From positions 20,966-84,965 of the forward strand of contig CAZDTP010000009.1 in assembly GCA_964508365.1 (NCBI GenBank): a stretch of 64,000 bases of DNA, in the 5' to 3' direction. Shown in pieces: positions 1-9,190 of the stretch (position 1 is its first letter; each line of letters starts with the position of its first letter). A model generated the notes under the pieces. It did no database searches. It was not told the DNA's origin and worked only from the letters and a program-made list of their open reading frames with translations. The position numbers and the translations under genes are program-made. The DNA is from an uncultured archaeon (GTDB lineage: Archaea; Asgardarchaeota; Lokiarchaeia; Sigyniarchaeales; SOKP01).

Positions 1-5
1 TATTT

Positions 6-350
6 GTGGGTATTCCCGCTGGATTATTTTTTGGTTTAGGAGGATATCTCTGGTGGCGTAGATTACCAGCTGATGAAAAACAGGAATTTAAAGACAGAGA
101 AAAGAAAAACAAACATAGAAAAAGAAATACAGGAGGAGAAGGTGGTTTTAGCTTCTTTATGTTTATTGCATATTGTATTTATATTGCAGTAGACGGAAAT
201 TACTTTACACCATTTGGGGCTTTACCATATACCTATTGGGTTTATGCATGGTTCTTAACAGTTATGTGGATTTTGATTGTATTAGGAATCCCTGCTGGAA
301 TCGTTTTAATTATTGTATACTTTACAGTATGGCGTAAAAAATCAGAATAA
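6..350 (+). CDS. Membrane protein, C-terminal part (probably truncated by window start)
   Basis: Frame is open to the window edge; three hydrophobic segments, GIPAG motif twice, basic loop; followed by a T-rich tract. Confidence 0.6.
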   Translation: MGIPAGLFFGLGGYLWWRRLPADEKQEFKDREKKNKHRKRNTGGEGGFSFFMFIAYCIYIAVDGNYFTPFGALPYTYWVYAWFLTVMWILIVLGIPAGIVLIIVYFTVWRKKSE

Positions 351-359
351 ACTCCTAAT

Positions 360-376
360 TTTTTCTTTTTTTTTTT
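360..376 (+). terminator. Oligo-T archaeal terminator-like tract
   Basis: TTTTTTCTTTTTTTTTT run about 10 nt after the stop at 350. Confidence 0.45.
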
Positions 377-517
377 GAAGCACTCTCTAAATAATACTTA
401 CAATTGTTATTACAATAATATATCGGAAATTTCAATAATTGTTGAAAAATCTATATTTTTAAATTATGAAGTAGAGATAATAAACATTGGAATTTACTAT
501 GGAATGGTTCAAAAATA

Positions 518-1807
518 ATGGGAAAAAAATTATCAGAGGGGATTAAAGAGTGGTTTGGGTGGTTTCCATCATCCACTTTTGAAAATAACACTTGCATTTT
601 TGTCCCAAACATGGCAAATACTTGTGTTTTTGATACAAAAGGAGGCTTAGTAATCTTTGATTTTCCAATAAGGCAATTCGCCCAGAAAACTTTCGACGAA
701 GTAAGGCGCATTACTAATAAGCCCGTTAAATATGTAATCTATTCACATGGACATTTCGATCACGCTTTTGGTTATGGTCCTTTTATAGAAGAAATAAGAA
801 AAAAGGGTTGGGACATGCCTGAAGTAATTGCTCATGAGAACTGCATCAGGCGATTTGAAAAATACAAAATTCTCGATAAATATCACGATTGGATAAATAA
901 GCAACAATTTGTATCTGTAAGTGGTAGGGGACGAGATGCTGTCGTTTCTGCTCACGAAACATTAGAGCCTACTATTATTCTTCAAGGAAACAAATCTTCA
1001 TATTCATTTAAAATAGGTGATTTAAATTTCAAGATTTACCACGATATAGGTGAAACTGACGATTCAATTTGGTTATGGGTCCCTGAAAAGAAGACGATTT
1101 GTACAGGCGACTTAATGGTTTCATCCTTCCCTAATATAGGTAATCCATTTAAAGTCCAGAGATATCCTAAAGATTGGGCAGTAGCAATGGAAAAAATGAG
1201 AGAAAAAAATGCAGAATACTTAGTTCCTGGTCATGGAAGACTTATCGAAGGTAAGGAAAATGTGAGAGATGCATTATCAATTACAGCGGAAGTTATGCAT
1301 TTTGTTCACGATGAAGTGGTGAAAAGATTAAACGAAGGAAAATGGTTCGAACAAATTTACCATGAAATGCTAGAAATTTACCCAGAAAAATTCAAGAAGC
1401 ATAAAATTTTAAGAGGTTATTATGGCTGTTACCGTTTTGCTATACATGCGGCCTATAGACTTTACCATGGGTGGTATAATAGTGGGAATCCTACTGATCT
1501 TTTTCCATCCAAGATGGTTGATATTGCCCGAGAATTTCTAAAATTGAGTAGTGAAATTGTATACCTAGAACACGCAAAAAAGCTGTTTTTTGAAGGTAAA
1601 TTACAGCTTGCACTACACATTCTTGATATAATTATAAAAGGATCTGATGAGCAAAACATAAAGGTGTTAACCGATGCTTTAAATTTAAAAGTGAAAATTT
1701 TAAAAGAAAAAGTAAAGGATGAATCCTCCTTCATAGCAACTAACATATTGGAAAATGGAGCTCATCAGATAAACATGAGGCTAAAGGAATTACAGAAACC
1801 TATATAG
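518..1807 (+). CDS. Metallo-beta-lactamase-fold hydrolase, alkyl/aryl-sulfatase (SdsA/BDS1)-like
   Basis: HGHFDH metal motif, GETDD, GD and PGHG motifs; C-terminal YGC...YxGWY-GNP segment typical of the alkyl-sulfatase dimerisation region. Confidence 0.85.
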   Translation: MGKKLSEGIKEWFGWFPSSTFENNTCIFVPNMANTCVFDTKGGLVIFDFPIRQFAQKTFDEVRRITNKPVKYVIYSHGHFDHAFGYGPFIEEIRKKGWDMPEVIAHENCIRRFEKYKILDKYHDWINKQQFVSVSGRGRDAVVSAHETLEPTIILQGNKSSYSFKIGDLNFKIYHDIGETDDSIWLWVPEKKTICTGDLMVSSFPNIGNPFKVQRYPKDWAVAMEKMREKNAEYLVPGHGRLIEGKENVRDALSITAEVMHFVHDEVVKRLNEGKWFEQIYHEMLEIYPEKFKKHKILRGYYGCYRFAIHAAYRLYHGWYNSGNPTDLFPSKMVDIAREFLKLSSEIVYLEHAKKLFFEGKLQLALHILDIIIKGSDEQNIKVLTDALNLKVKILKEKVKDESSFIATNILENGAHQINMRLKELQKPI

Positions 1808-1843
1808 AGAGAACTTTTTTCTCTAATTCAACATTTTAAAGAT

Positions 1844-2767
1844 TTAAGTTATAAAGTAAAAAGTCAGTGAGAGACTACCTAGGACGAAAATAACAAGTCC
1901 AACAACACGCCCCATTGTTTTAGCAGACAGTTTTTGAATATATGTAGAAGTTATTATTCCGGTTATAATCGAGCCGATTGCTAAATATAATGAAAGCTCG
2001 AAATTAAAAAATACTTCTCCTTTAATAGTAAGACCAAAAATTTGATAAAATAAGAAAGTGCAAGAACTAATAATCATACTTAAAATTAGAGCTGTTCCAA
2101 CTCCTTTTTTGAGAGGGTAGCCATAAATTATTACAAGTGCTAACACAAAAACTAATCCAGAACTTGCTCCAAATAATCCTGAATTGACACCAACAAAAAG
2201 GCCAAATCCAATTGCTAAAATATAGTATATACGCGACCCCCGTGATATGAATCCTTGAATAGAATCTGCTTCAGAGACTAACTGTTCGTCGATTTTTTTA
2301 TTTATTTCTGCTAATTCCTCCTCATTCTTTCCTTTCTTCATAGCTTTGCGCGCAATGTTATGAACCATTTTTTTTACTGAATCATAGGTAGGAAAACCTC
2401 TCTTTAGAAAGAGAAACCCTAAGAACATAATGAAAATTGGAATAAACCACCCATAAATGGAACCTAGAGGGGTTGTCATTAAAATAAAAACACCGAAAAA
2501 TGTGGTAACTATACCAATAATGATTATTATAAAAATATCAATTCTTATTTTAAATTGTTTTCTCCTAAGATATCCTATTGATACAGTGGCTGATGTAATC
2601 AAGTCATTTAGTAAATTTATGGCAATAGCTAAAAACACATCTCCAGTGAATAATAGGATAATAGGAAGTACAATTCCTATACCTGTTTGACCAATGAAAC
2701 TAATACTTATTCCTACAAGCGCACCAATAGAAATTAAGATAATAATTTGATAAATTTGTAATACCAT
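1844..2767 (-). CDS. TauE/SafE-family (sulfite exporter-like) membrane protein
   Basis: About 8 TM helices in two repeats, Gly-rich GxxSGLFGASSG motif, 'YGYPLKKGVGTAL' (cf. TauE ..A.GTS), soluble linker between the repeats. Confidence 0.8.
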   Translation of the reverse strand: MVLQIYQIIILISIGALVGISISFIGQTGIGIVLPIILLFTGDVFLAIAINLLNDLITSATVSIGYLRRKQFKIRIDIFIIIIIGIVTTFFGVFILMTTPLGSIYGWFIPIFIMFLGFLFLKRGFPTYDSVKKMVHNIARKAMKKGKNEEELAEINKKIDEQLVSEADSIQGFISRGSRIYYILAIGFGLFVGVNSGLFGASSGLVFVLALVIIYGYPLKKGVGTALILSMIISSCTFLFYQIFGLTIKGEVFFNFELSLYLAIGSIITGIITSTYIQKLSAKTMGRVVGLVIFVLGSLSLTFYFIT

Positions 2768-2911
2768 AGTTAACTCACTCTATAAGTCTTTATTAACAAT
2801 TATTATTCTATTAGGTCTTATTTATTCCTATAATAATAAGTTAAACGGAAACCTTTAAATTGTTTAAGGATAAATTTTTTATATCAAAATCTCGCTGATG
2901 AAGAAACGAAA

Positions 2912-4198
2912 ATGAACATAGAAATCTCAAAAGAAGATTCGGACTATATGTACAATTTAGTCCAGAGAATCGTCGATGAAGTTGGTCCTAGAATGCCTTG
3001 TAGTCCACAAGAAGCTGAAGGAGCGAATATTATTAAGAAAGAACTTGAAAAAAGTTGCGATAAAGTTGTTTTAGAACCTTTTAAATGCCACCCAAAAGCT
3101 TTTCTGGGATGGATTAAAATGATTGTGACTATGGTCCCTGTTTCTATGATATTTTATTTATTACAACAACTCGCTTCTGAGATGATATGGTTAGTAGTGT
3201 TTTCTAGTATTTCTTTGATTTTAGTTCTCTTATCTTTGGTGATTATGTGGGAGGAATTTTTCAACTACAAAGAATTTATCGATGGGTTTTTTCGTAAAAA
3301 ATCGTCTCAAAACATTGTTGGTAAATTTGAAGCAAAACAAAAAGAACCAAAGAAATTATTAATTTTTTCGAGCCATATCGATTCTGCATTACAATTTAAT
3401 TTATTGAAGGTCTTAAAGTGGGGTTTTCTTCCACTTGCATTTGGAGCTATAATTATACTTTTAATATGGTTGATTCTATCTGCTATAAATCTTACTTTAA
3501 TGGTTATAGGATTTATTGATCTTAAATCTATGTTTTTCACAATAGTTATTTTGTTATTAATCGTTGGTAGTCCTTGTTATGTGAGTTTGTTCTTTTTTGT
3601 ACCATTAGGAGAAAAAGGTAATGTTGTTCCAGGATCAGTAGATAACCTAAGTAGTTGTTCGGTGATAGTAGGGCTTGGTAGATATCTGAATCAACACAGA
3701 GATTTAATTCCAGAAAGCACAGAAATTAGACTAATCAGTTTTGGTTGCGAAGAAAGCGGTTTAAGAGGAGCCTATCGTTATGCTGCGGCTCATCTAGACG
3801 AATTGAAAAAGAAAAACGCCATAGTTTTTAACATGGACGGTTTAGAGACTCCTGACAAATTTTCAGTCATAGAATACGAGCCGACAACTCGAACAAAACA
3901 TTCAGAAGAAGTAGTTGACAAGATATTAAGAGCTGCAGAGATGAGTGATGTAACTGTTAAAAGATTTGGAGCAGGTAAGTTGGAAAAAACAGTTGGTAGA
4001 TTAAGTGGAGGATCCGATGCTGCTGCTTTTTCGAAGGCTGGCATTAAAGCAGGATTTTTGAATTCAGCAGATTGGAAAACAAGGTCGAGCTATTACCATC
4101 AGTCTACAGATACTCCAGATAGAATCAGAAAAGGAACTTTAGAGAATGCATTACGTATCTGTTTAACATTTATTTCAAATGAGAAAAGTAATAGATAG
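2912..4198 (+). CDS. M28-family metallopeptidase with internal transmembrane insertions
   Basis: SSHIDS, GSVDN-SS, CEESGL, NMDG, GGSD and YYHQSTD motifs; two hydrophobic helical hairpins inserted. Confidence 0.85.
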   Translation: MNIEISKEDSDYMYNLVQRIVDEVGPRMPCSPQEAEGANIIKKELEKSCDKVVLEPFKCHPKAFLGWIKMIVTMVPVSMIFYLLQQLASEMIWLVVFSSISLILVLLSLVIMWEEFFNYKEFIDGFFRKKSSQNIVGKFEAKQKEPKKLLIFSSHIDSALQFNLLKVLKWGFLPLAFGAIIILLIWLILSAINLTLMVIGFIDLKSMFFTIVILLLIVGSPCYVSLFFFVPLGEKGNVVPGSVDNLSSCSVIVGLGRYLNQHRDLIPESTEIRLISFGCEESGLRGAYRYAAAHLDELKKKNAIVFNMDGLETPDKFSVIEYEPTTRTKHSEEVVDKILRAAEMSDVTVKRFGAGKLEKTVGRLSGGSDAAAFSKAGIKAGFLNSADWKTRSSYYHQSTDTPDRIRKGTLENALRICLTFISNEKSNR

Positions 4199-4232
4199 AT
4201 ACTAAAATAAATCAGTAATAATTGATTTTAAT

Positions 4233-5135
4233 ATGGAAGAACAATTAATAGGGTTTTTAGAAAATCTTTTCGCTGAAAGCGTACTTAACCGTCTTCCAGA
4301 AAAATATGGTGGAGGAAGAATATTTTCCTCTCCACTGATTGGTGTAGCTTCAGGGAACGATCCGATGTATTTAAAATTTAAAGAAGTGGTAGGACCAGAA
4401 CACCTTACTCCCGTAGAGATGTGGAAGGCTTGTGAGCAAGAAGGAATTACTGGTGATCAGCTACGAGTATTATCGATTGTTTTTCCTTATGTTGCAAAGA
4501 TTCGGAACGAGAGCAAAAATTTTGTCAAATTACGCCACATTACATTACCATCTGATTTTTACTCCTTAGGTCGAAATTATGCTAACGAATTCAAAGCCTA
4601 CATTATGAAACAGTTAGTGAAATATTTCCAGGAAAAAGGTTATATCGCTGTAGCAGGAGTGTTAAGCGAAGCATTTAGCATAATTGCAAAAGGAACATTT
4701 TATTCAACTTGGTCTGAACGACATACTGCTTTTGCGGCAGGATTGGGGACCTTTAGTTTGCACGAAGGCTTTATAACCGAAGTTGGTTGTAATGTGAGGT
4801 TGGCCTCAGTGATTACAAATGCTCCGATTAAGGTTTCCCCTCGTAAATCCGACGATCCATTTTCAAATTGCTTATTCTTCGCGAAAGGAACTTGTAAAGC
4901 ATGTATAGAAAAATGTCCTGCTGGTGCGATTTCAGAAGAAGGGCACGATAAACAACTATGTTATTATTATGGACGGAAAGTAGCTAGAAAAATGGAGCTT
5001 CGCCTTGGCTCCCTACTTAAATCACATGTACGCAGAATTAACGGAAAATTAAGACCTCCAACATTCCCTGTTGGTTGTGGATTTTGCCAATTTGGGGTTC
5101 CTTGCATGGATAAAAATCCCACTGTCTTTGAGTAA
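4233..5135 (+). CDS. Epoxyqueuosine reductase (QueG)/reductive-dehalogenase-like Fe-S protein
   Basis: WSERHTAFAAGLG, GCNVRLASVIT, CxxCxxxCP and distal C...CGxCQxxxPC cluster ligands. Confidence 0.8.
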   Translation: MEEQLIGFLENLFAESVLNRLPEKYGGGRIFSSPLIGVASGNDPMYLKFKEVVGPEHLTPVEMWKACEQEGITGDQLRVLSIVFPYVAKIRNESKNFVKLRHITLPSDFYSLGRNYANEFKAYIMKQLVKYFQEKGYIAVAGVLSEAFSIIAKGTFYSTWSERHTAFAAGLGTFSLHEGFITEVGCNVRLASVITNAPIKVSPRKSDDPFSNCLFFAKGTCKACIEKCPAGAISEEGHDKQLCYYYGRKVARKMELRLGSLLKSHVRRINGKLRPPTFPVGCGFCQFGVPCMDKNPTVFE

Positions 5136-5194
5136 CTCGTAAATAAGGACTATATATTTAAAATAAAAAATTTTTGTTTGTAGTTAAATTTTAG

Positions 5195-6718
5195 TTAGGT
5201 AGCAGCAATTCTTCTTGGAAATTTCGTTTGAGCTCTTAAATTTTCTTGTAAAAGTTTATTTACAAGTTTGAACCTATGATCTCGAAAGTTTTCGTTATTC
5301 CATAGGTTATTTAATTCGTAAGGATCGTTTTTTCGATCGTATATATCACCAAAGTTGTCTAATCCTTCGTAAATTGTTAATTTATAATCCTCAGTAATTA
5401 GATGCCTTAATCGGGCTTCCAAGGGACCTATTTCTTCATCGTTCTCGATTAAAACACTATCTCTGATCTTTCTACTAGGATCTTCTAAAATTTGCGAGAT
5501 ATCAAAACCTTGCATATCTGGTGGGTGATGGTGTTCTTTTATACATAACAAATTAAGCATTGTCTTAGGAAGATCGATGGTACTAATTAAAGCATTTGAT
5601 ACACTGGGCTTAGTTAATCCTGGAACTTTCCATATTAGAGGTATGTTTAATACGCCATTAAAAGGACATGGACCTTTAAAAAGAAGTCCATGGTCGCCCA
5701 TTAAGTCTCCATGATCGCTGGTGAAAATAACCATTGTGTTTTCTGAATATCCTAGTTTTTCTAAATATGCTAATATTTCACCAATACAATAATCAACATA
5801 GCTTATCGCAGCGTACGTTAGAGCAGTGAGCTTTTGAACTTCTTCTTCTGTTGACTCTCTTAAAAAGGCTTTTTTAAATGGAGGTTTTTTTAAGTGATTC
5901 CCTAAATATGTGTGGTTGTATAAATTTTTTATGTCTTGAAAACTTGGAGGGAGATCTATATCTTCTGGTTTATACATTTCTTGAAATCTCTTTGGTGGAA
6001 AAAGAGGATAATGTGGATCTGGAAAAGAACAATGCAAATAAAAAGGTTTTTCTCCATAGTTTCCTTTAGCATATCTCTCAAGGAATGAAATCGTTCGTTC
6101 CTTTACATAGGTAGTATTATACAAGTCGCCGGGAATTTCGTCACAAAATAAACTAAAAAGGTTATCGTAGTTCTGAACTCTTTTTTTCATTTCATTAGCG
6201 ATGTTAGGTGCTTTTTCTTCCAACCAATCTGTATAATGACCAGCGCACACAGTACCATTTCCAGAAATTAATTCTACTTCATCGTAGCCATAGTAAGGGA
6301 GTGGGAAATTTTTTCCTACAGGATCGTTTTTACCTTTATCAACAGCCCAACTAATCAAACTTTCAGCGGATTTTGTTCTGTGTTTAAAAGGTCCTAACCA
6401 AAACTGATGGTGTACTTTTCCAATAGCCGCGGTATGCCAACCTCTTTTATGCAACACTTTCGTAATTGTAGAGAGGTTTTCATTTAAATTTATACCATTA
6501 CTTCTTACACCATGTACGTTTGGATACAAACCCGTAAGTAAAGTTGCTCTATTCGGCATACAAATTGGATTAGTGCAATAATAATTGGAAAAACGTACAC
6601 TCTCTCTTGCTAGATTATCAATGTTAGGAGTTTTTACATTAGGATTTCCTGCACAGCCTAAATGATCGGCCCGTTGAGCGTCAGTAATGATAAATATTAC
6701 ATTCATTTTTTCTTTCAT
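5195..6718 (-). CDS. Formylglycine-dependent sulfatase (choline-sulfatase/arylsulfatase-like)
   Basis: N-terminal ITDAQR, CxPxR signature (CMPNRATLLTG), GKVH, PDPH, SDHGD, YDRKNDPYELNN. Confidence 0.92.
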   Translation of the reverse strand: MKEKMNVIFIITDAQRADHLGCAGNPNVKTPNIDNLARESVRFSNYYCTNPICMPNRATLLTGLYPNVHGVRSNGINLNENLSTITKVLHKRGWHTAAIGKVHHQFWLGPFKHRTKSAESLISWAVDKGKNDPVGKNFPLPYYGYDEVELISGNGTVCAGHYTDWLEEKAPNIANEMKKRVQNYDNLFSLFCDEIPGDLYNTTYVKERTISFLERYAKGNYGEKPFYLHCSFPDPHYPLFPPKRFQEMYKPEDIDLPPSFQDIKNLYNHTYLGNHLKKPPFKKAFLRESTEEEVQKLTALTYAAISYVDYCIGEILAYLEKLGYSENTMVIFTSDHGDLMGDHGLLFKGPCPFNGVLNIPLIWKVPGLTKPSVSNALISTIDLPKTMLNLLCIKEHHHPPDMQGFDISQILEDPSRKIRDSVLIENDEEIGPLEARLRHLITEDYKLTIYEGLDNFGDIYDRKNDPYELNNLWNNENFRDHRFKLVNKLLQENLRAQTKFPRRIAAT

Positions 6719-6924
6719 AATTACTAAAAACTAAAAAAATCTATTATTGCTTGCCGGTTAATATTCTAGTCTTTGATATGATATAATTTTTGATGTTAAG
6801 AAATATAAAGTTATATGTAGATATTAATACTCACACCTTTTACTTTTGGAAAGCTTAAAATAGATATTCTTTTAACACGACGAGTATTATTTTTTCAATA
6901 GGAGAACTGATAATTGTAAGTAAA

Positions 6925-8175
6925 ATGCCAAAACATTCATTAAAAAAACCGGAACTACTTGCTCCAGCACAGAATTGGACTTCTTTAAGAAAATTAGGTG
7001 GTTTAACTGATGCAATTTACTTTGGTGTCAAAGCGTATAATATGAGAGGAAATGCTAAAAATTTCGAAAGAGAGGATCTTAAAGACATTGTAGATTTTTG
7101 TCATCATCAAAAACCACCAATTAAAGCATATTTAACAACTAATATCTTAATCTACGATTCTGAGCTTCAAGATTTAGAAGAATTTATATCAAAAGCTAAA
7201 AAAGCAGGTATCGACGCTTTAATTGCCCATGATGTAGCAGTAATCAAATTCGCTAATCGTGAGAAATTACGTTTTCATATCTCAACTCAGGCAAATGTAT
7301 CTAATGTAGAATCTGCAAAATTCTATGAATCATTAGGAGCAGAAAGGATTATTTTAGCGAGAGAACTATCACTCAATCAAATAAAACTTATTAAACACCA
7401 CCTAAATAACGCACAAATTGAATGTTTTGTTCATGGTTCTATGTGTGCCTCAATTTCTGGTCGATGTTATTTATCTGCGATAATTTGTGATTCTGAAGAA
7501 TTCTCAGCAAATCGAGGTAAATGTGTCCAACCATGTAGGAGAGAATGGAGGGTTATTGATGATGAAAGTAATGAATTTATATACGATGGACAAATGTTCT
7601 TGAACACAAAAGACCTATGTATGATAGAACACACACCAGAATTAATAGATGCAAATATAGACGCTTTTAAAATTGAAGGTAGAATGAAGGATCCGCTTTA
7701 TATTGAAACGGTCACCACTTGTTATCGAGAAGCAATTGATAGTTATCTTAGCGGTACTTTCACAAACGAGAAGGTTCGAGATTGGTTAGAAAGATTAAGT
7801 AAGATCTATAATCGCGGATTTCACACAGGATTTTATTATCATCGTCCAACTATTGAAGACGTTGAATTAGAAAGGAGAGGAAATGTCTCTTCATACAAAA
7901 AAAATTATCTTGGGAAAGTTTTATCTTTTAATACAAACAGTATGACAGCAAATATATTGATTGAAATCAAAGAATTTAACTTAAAAATTGGAGATGAGAT
8001 AATAGTAATAGGGGATGAGACATATCATCATCAAAAAATTAAGCATATGGTCTTTAAAGGGGAAAAAATTCAAAATATATATAAAAAACGATTCGATAAT
8101 CCTTTTAAAGTGAATCTGCGTTTAAGTAATGAGGTTCAGAGAGATGATAAAATTTATATCATATATCAAACATAA
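6925..8175 (+). CDS. Peptidase U32 family protein (RlhA/TrhP-like Fe-S hydroxylase)
   Basis: PELLAPA, ERIILAREL, ECFVHGSMC-SISGRC, NRGKCVQPCRR, FKIEGRMK; C-terminal beta-barrel. Confidence 0.9.
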   Translation: MPKHSLKKPELLAPAQNWTSLRKLGGLTDAIYFGVKAYNMRGNAKNFEREDLKDIVDFCHHQKPPIKAYLTTNILIYDSELQDLEEFISKAKKAGIDALIAHDVAVIKFANREKLRFHISTQANVSNVESAKFYESLGAERIILARELSLNQIKLIKHHLNNAQIECFVHGSMCASISGRCYLSAIICDSEEFSANRGKCVQPCRREWRVIDDESNEFIYDGQMFLNTKDLCMIEHTPELIDANIDAFKIEGRMKDPLYIETVTTCYREAIDSYLSGTFTNEKVRDWLERLSKIYNRGFHTGFYYHRPTIEDVELERRGNVSSYKKNYLGKVLSFNTNSMTANILIEIKEFNLKIGDEIIVIGDETYHHQKIKHMVFKGEKIQNIYKKRFDNPFKVNLRLSNEVQRDDKIYIIYQT

Positions 8176-8233
8176 ATCAAATGGTTTAAATGAAGAATCG
8201 TTTATATTTAGCGCGTGTAGGTTGAAATAATAG

Positions 8234-8908
8234 ATGGATTATGAAGATAAGAGGATTGAATTAGTAGATCGTCTTAAAAAGAGAAACATTTTAACTAAGC
8301 CTAGTGTAATAAAGGCTATGTTAAAAGTTCCAAGGCATAAATTTTTACCAAAAGGCGCTATAGAATCTGCATACATAGATTCTCCACTTTCAATAGGAAT
8401 GGGGCAAACAATTAGTGCCCCACACATGAACGCAATGATGTGTGAACTTTTAGAATTTAGGGAGGGAGAAAAAGTCCTTGAAATTGGTACCGGTTCGGGT
8501 TATCACGCTGCCTTATGTGCTGAGCTTGTAGCACCAAAACATTCTAAAAATCCGGGACATGTGTATACAATAGAAAGGCACCAAGAGTTAGCAAATAAAG
8601 CTGAAGAAAGTTTAATTAATACAGGCTACGGAGAGGTAGTTACGGTTATTCATGGGGACGGTACGTTAGGGTATCCACAAAAAGCTCCTTACGACAAAAT
8701 TTTAGTTACCGCATCCTCACCAAAGAAAGTTCCTCCCCCCCTAAAGCAGCAGTTAAAGGACCGAGGAATTCTTTGTATCCCTGCGGGTTCAAAAGAATTT
8801 GGTCAAGATCTATATATTATATCTAAAATTGGGGAAAGATTCGAACTTAAGAAAATAACGGGAGTTAGATTCGTGCCATTAATAGGAGAATGGGGATTTC
8901 CTGAGTAA
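8234..8908 (+). CDS. pcm: Protein-L-isoaspartate O-methyltransferase
   Basis: VPRH.F, AY.DSPL.IG.GQTISAPHM, VLEIGTGSGY, APYDKI, VRFVPL. Confidence 0.95.
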   Translation: MDYEDKRIELVDRLKKRNILTKPSVIKAMLKVPRHKFLPKGAIESAYIDSPLSIGMGQTISAPHMNAMMCELLEFREGEKVLEIGTGSGYHAALCAELVAPKHSKNPGHVYTIERHQELANKAEESLINTGYGEVVTVIHGDGTLGYPQKAPYDKILVTASSPKKVPPPLKQQLKDRGILCIPAGSKEFGQDLYIISKIGERFELKKITGVRFVPLIGEWGFPE

Positions 8909-8918
8909 AAAGTATAAC

Positions 8919-9062
8919 TTATTTAGAAAAAGTCTTCTTAATGCGTTCTTCTAACAATTTTTTTCGAATTTCTTTAATGAATTCATTATTTTCAATATGT
9001 TGCTTTACAGATTTGGATGTAAATGCGTAGCCATTCTGTCTTTCTTTACTATAATCTTTCAT
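8919..9062 (-). CDS. Small basic protein, 47 aa (not in the ORF track)
   Basis: Read by hand: ATG at 9062 to TAA at 8919 gives MKDYSKERQNGYAFTSKSVKQHIENNEFIKEIRKKLLEERIKKTFSK; fills an otherwise empty gap; TATA-like TTTTATATA upstream on the minus strand near 9118-9126. Confidence 0.5.
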   Translation of the reverse strand: MKDYSKERQNGYAFTSKSVKQHIENNEFIKEIRKKLLEERIKKTFSK

Positions 9063-9190
9063 TATCAGAACGTATTAAAATTTTTTTGATGTTATATATT
9101 CATATACTCCCTTTTTATATATAAAACTATTTAAAAACCGACGAATTCAGCGGTAGATTATACATATTTGTAATTTATTAGTCTAATAAA

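Noticed and set aside
6925-8908. U32 + pcm as a novel two-gene system
   Set aside because: Both are widespread, well-known families with intact motifs; nothing unusual beyond co-orientation.
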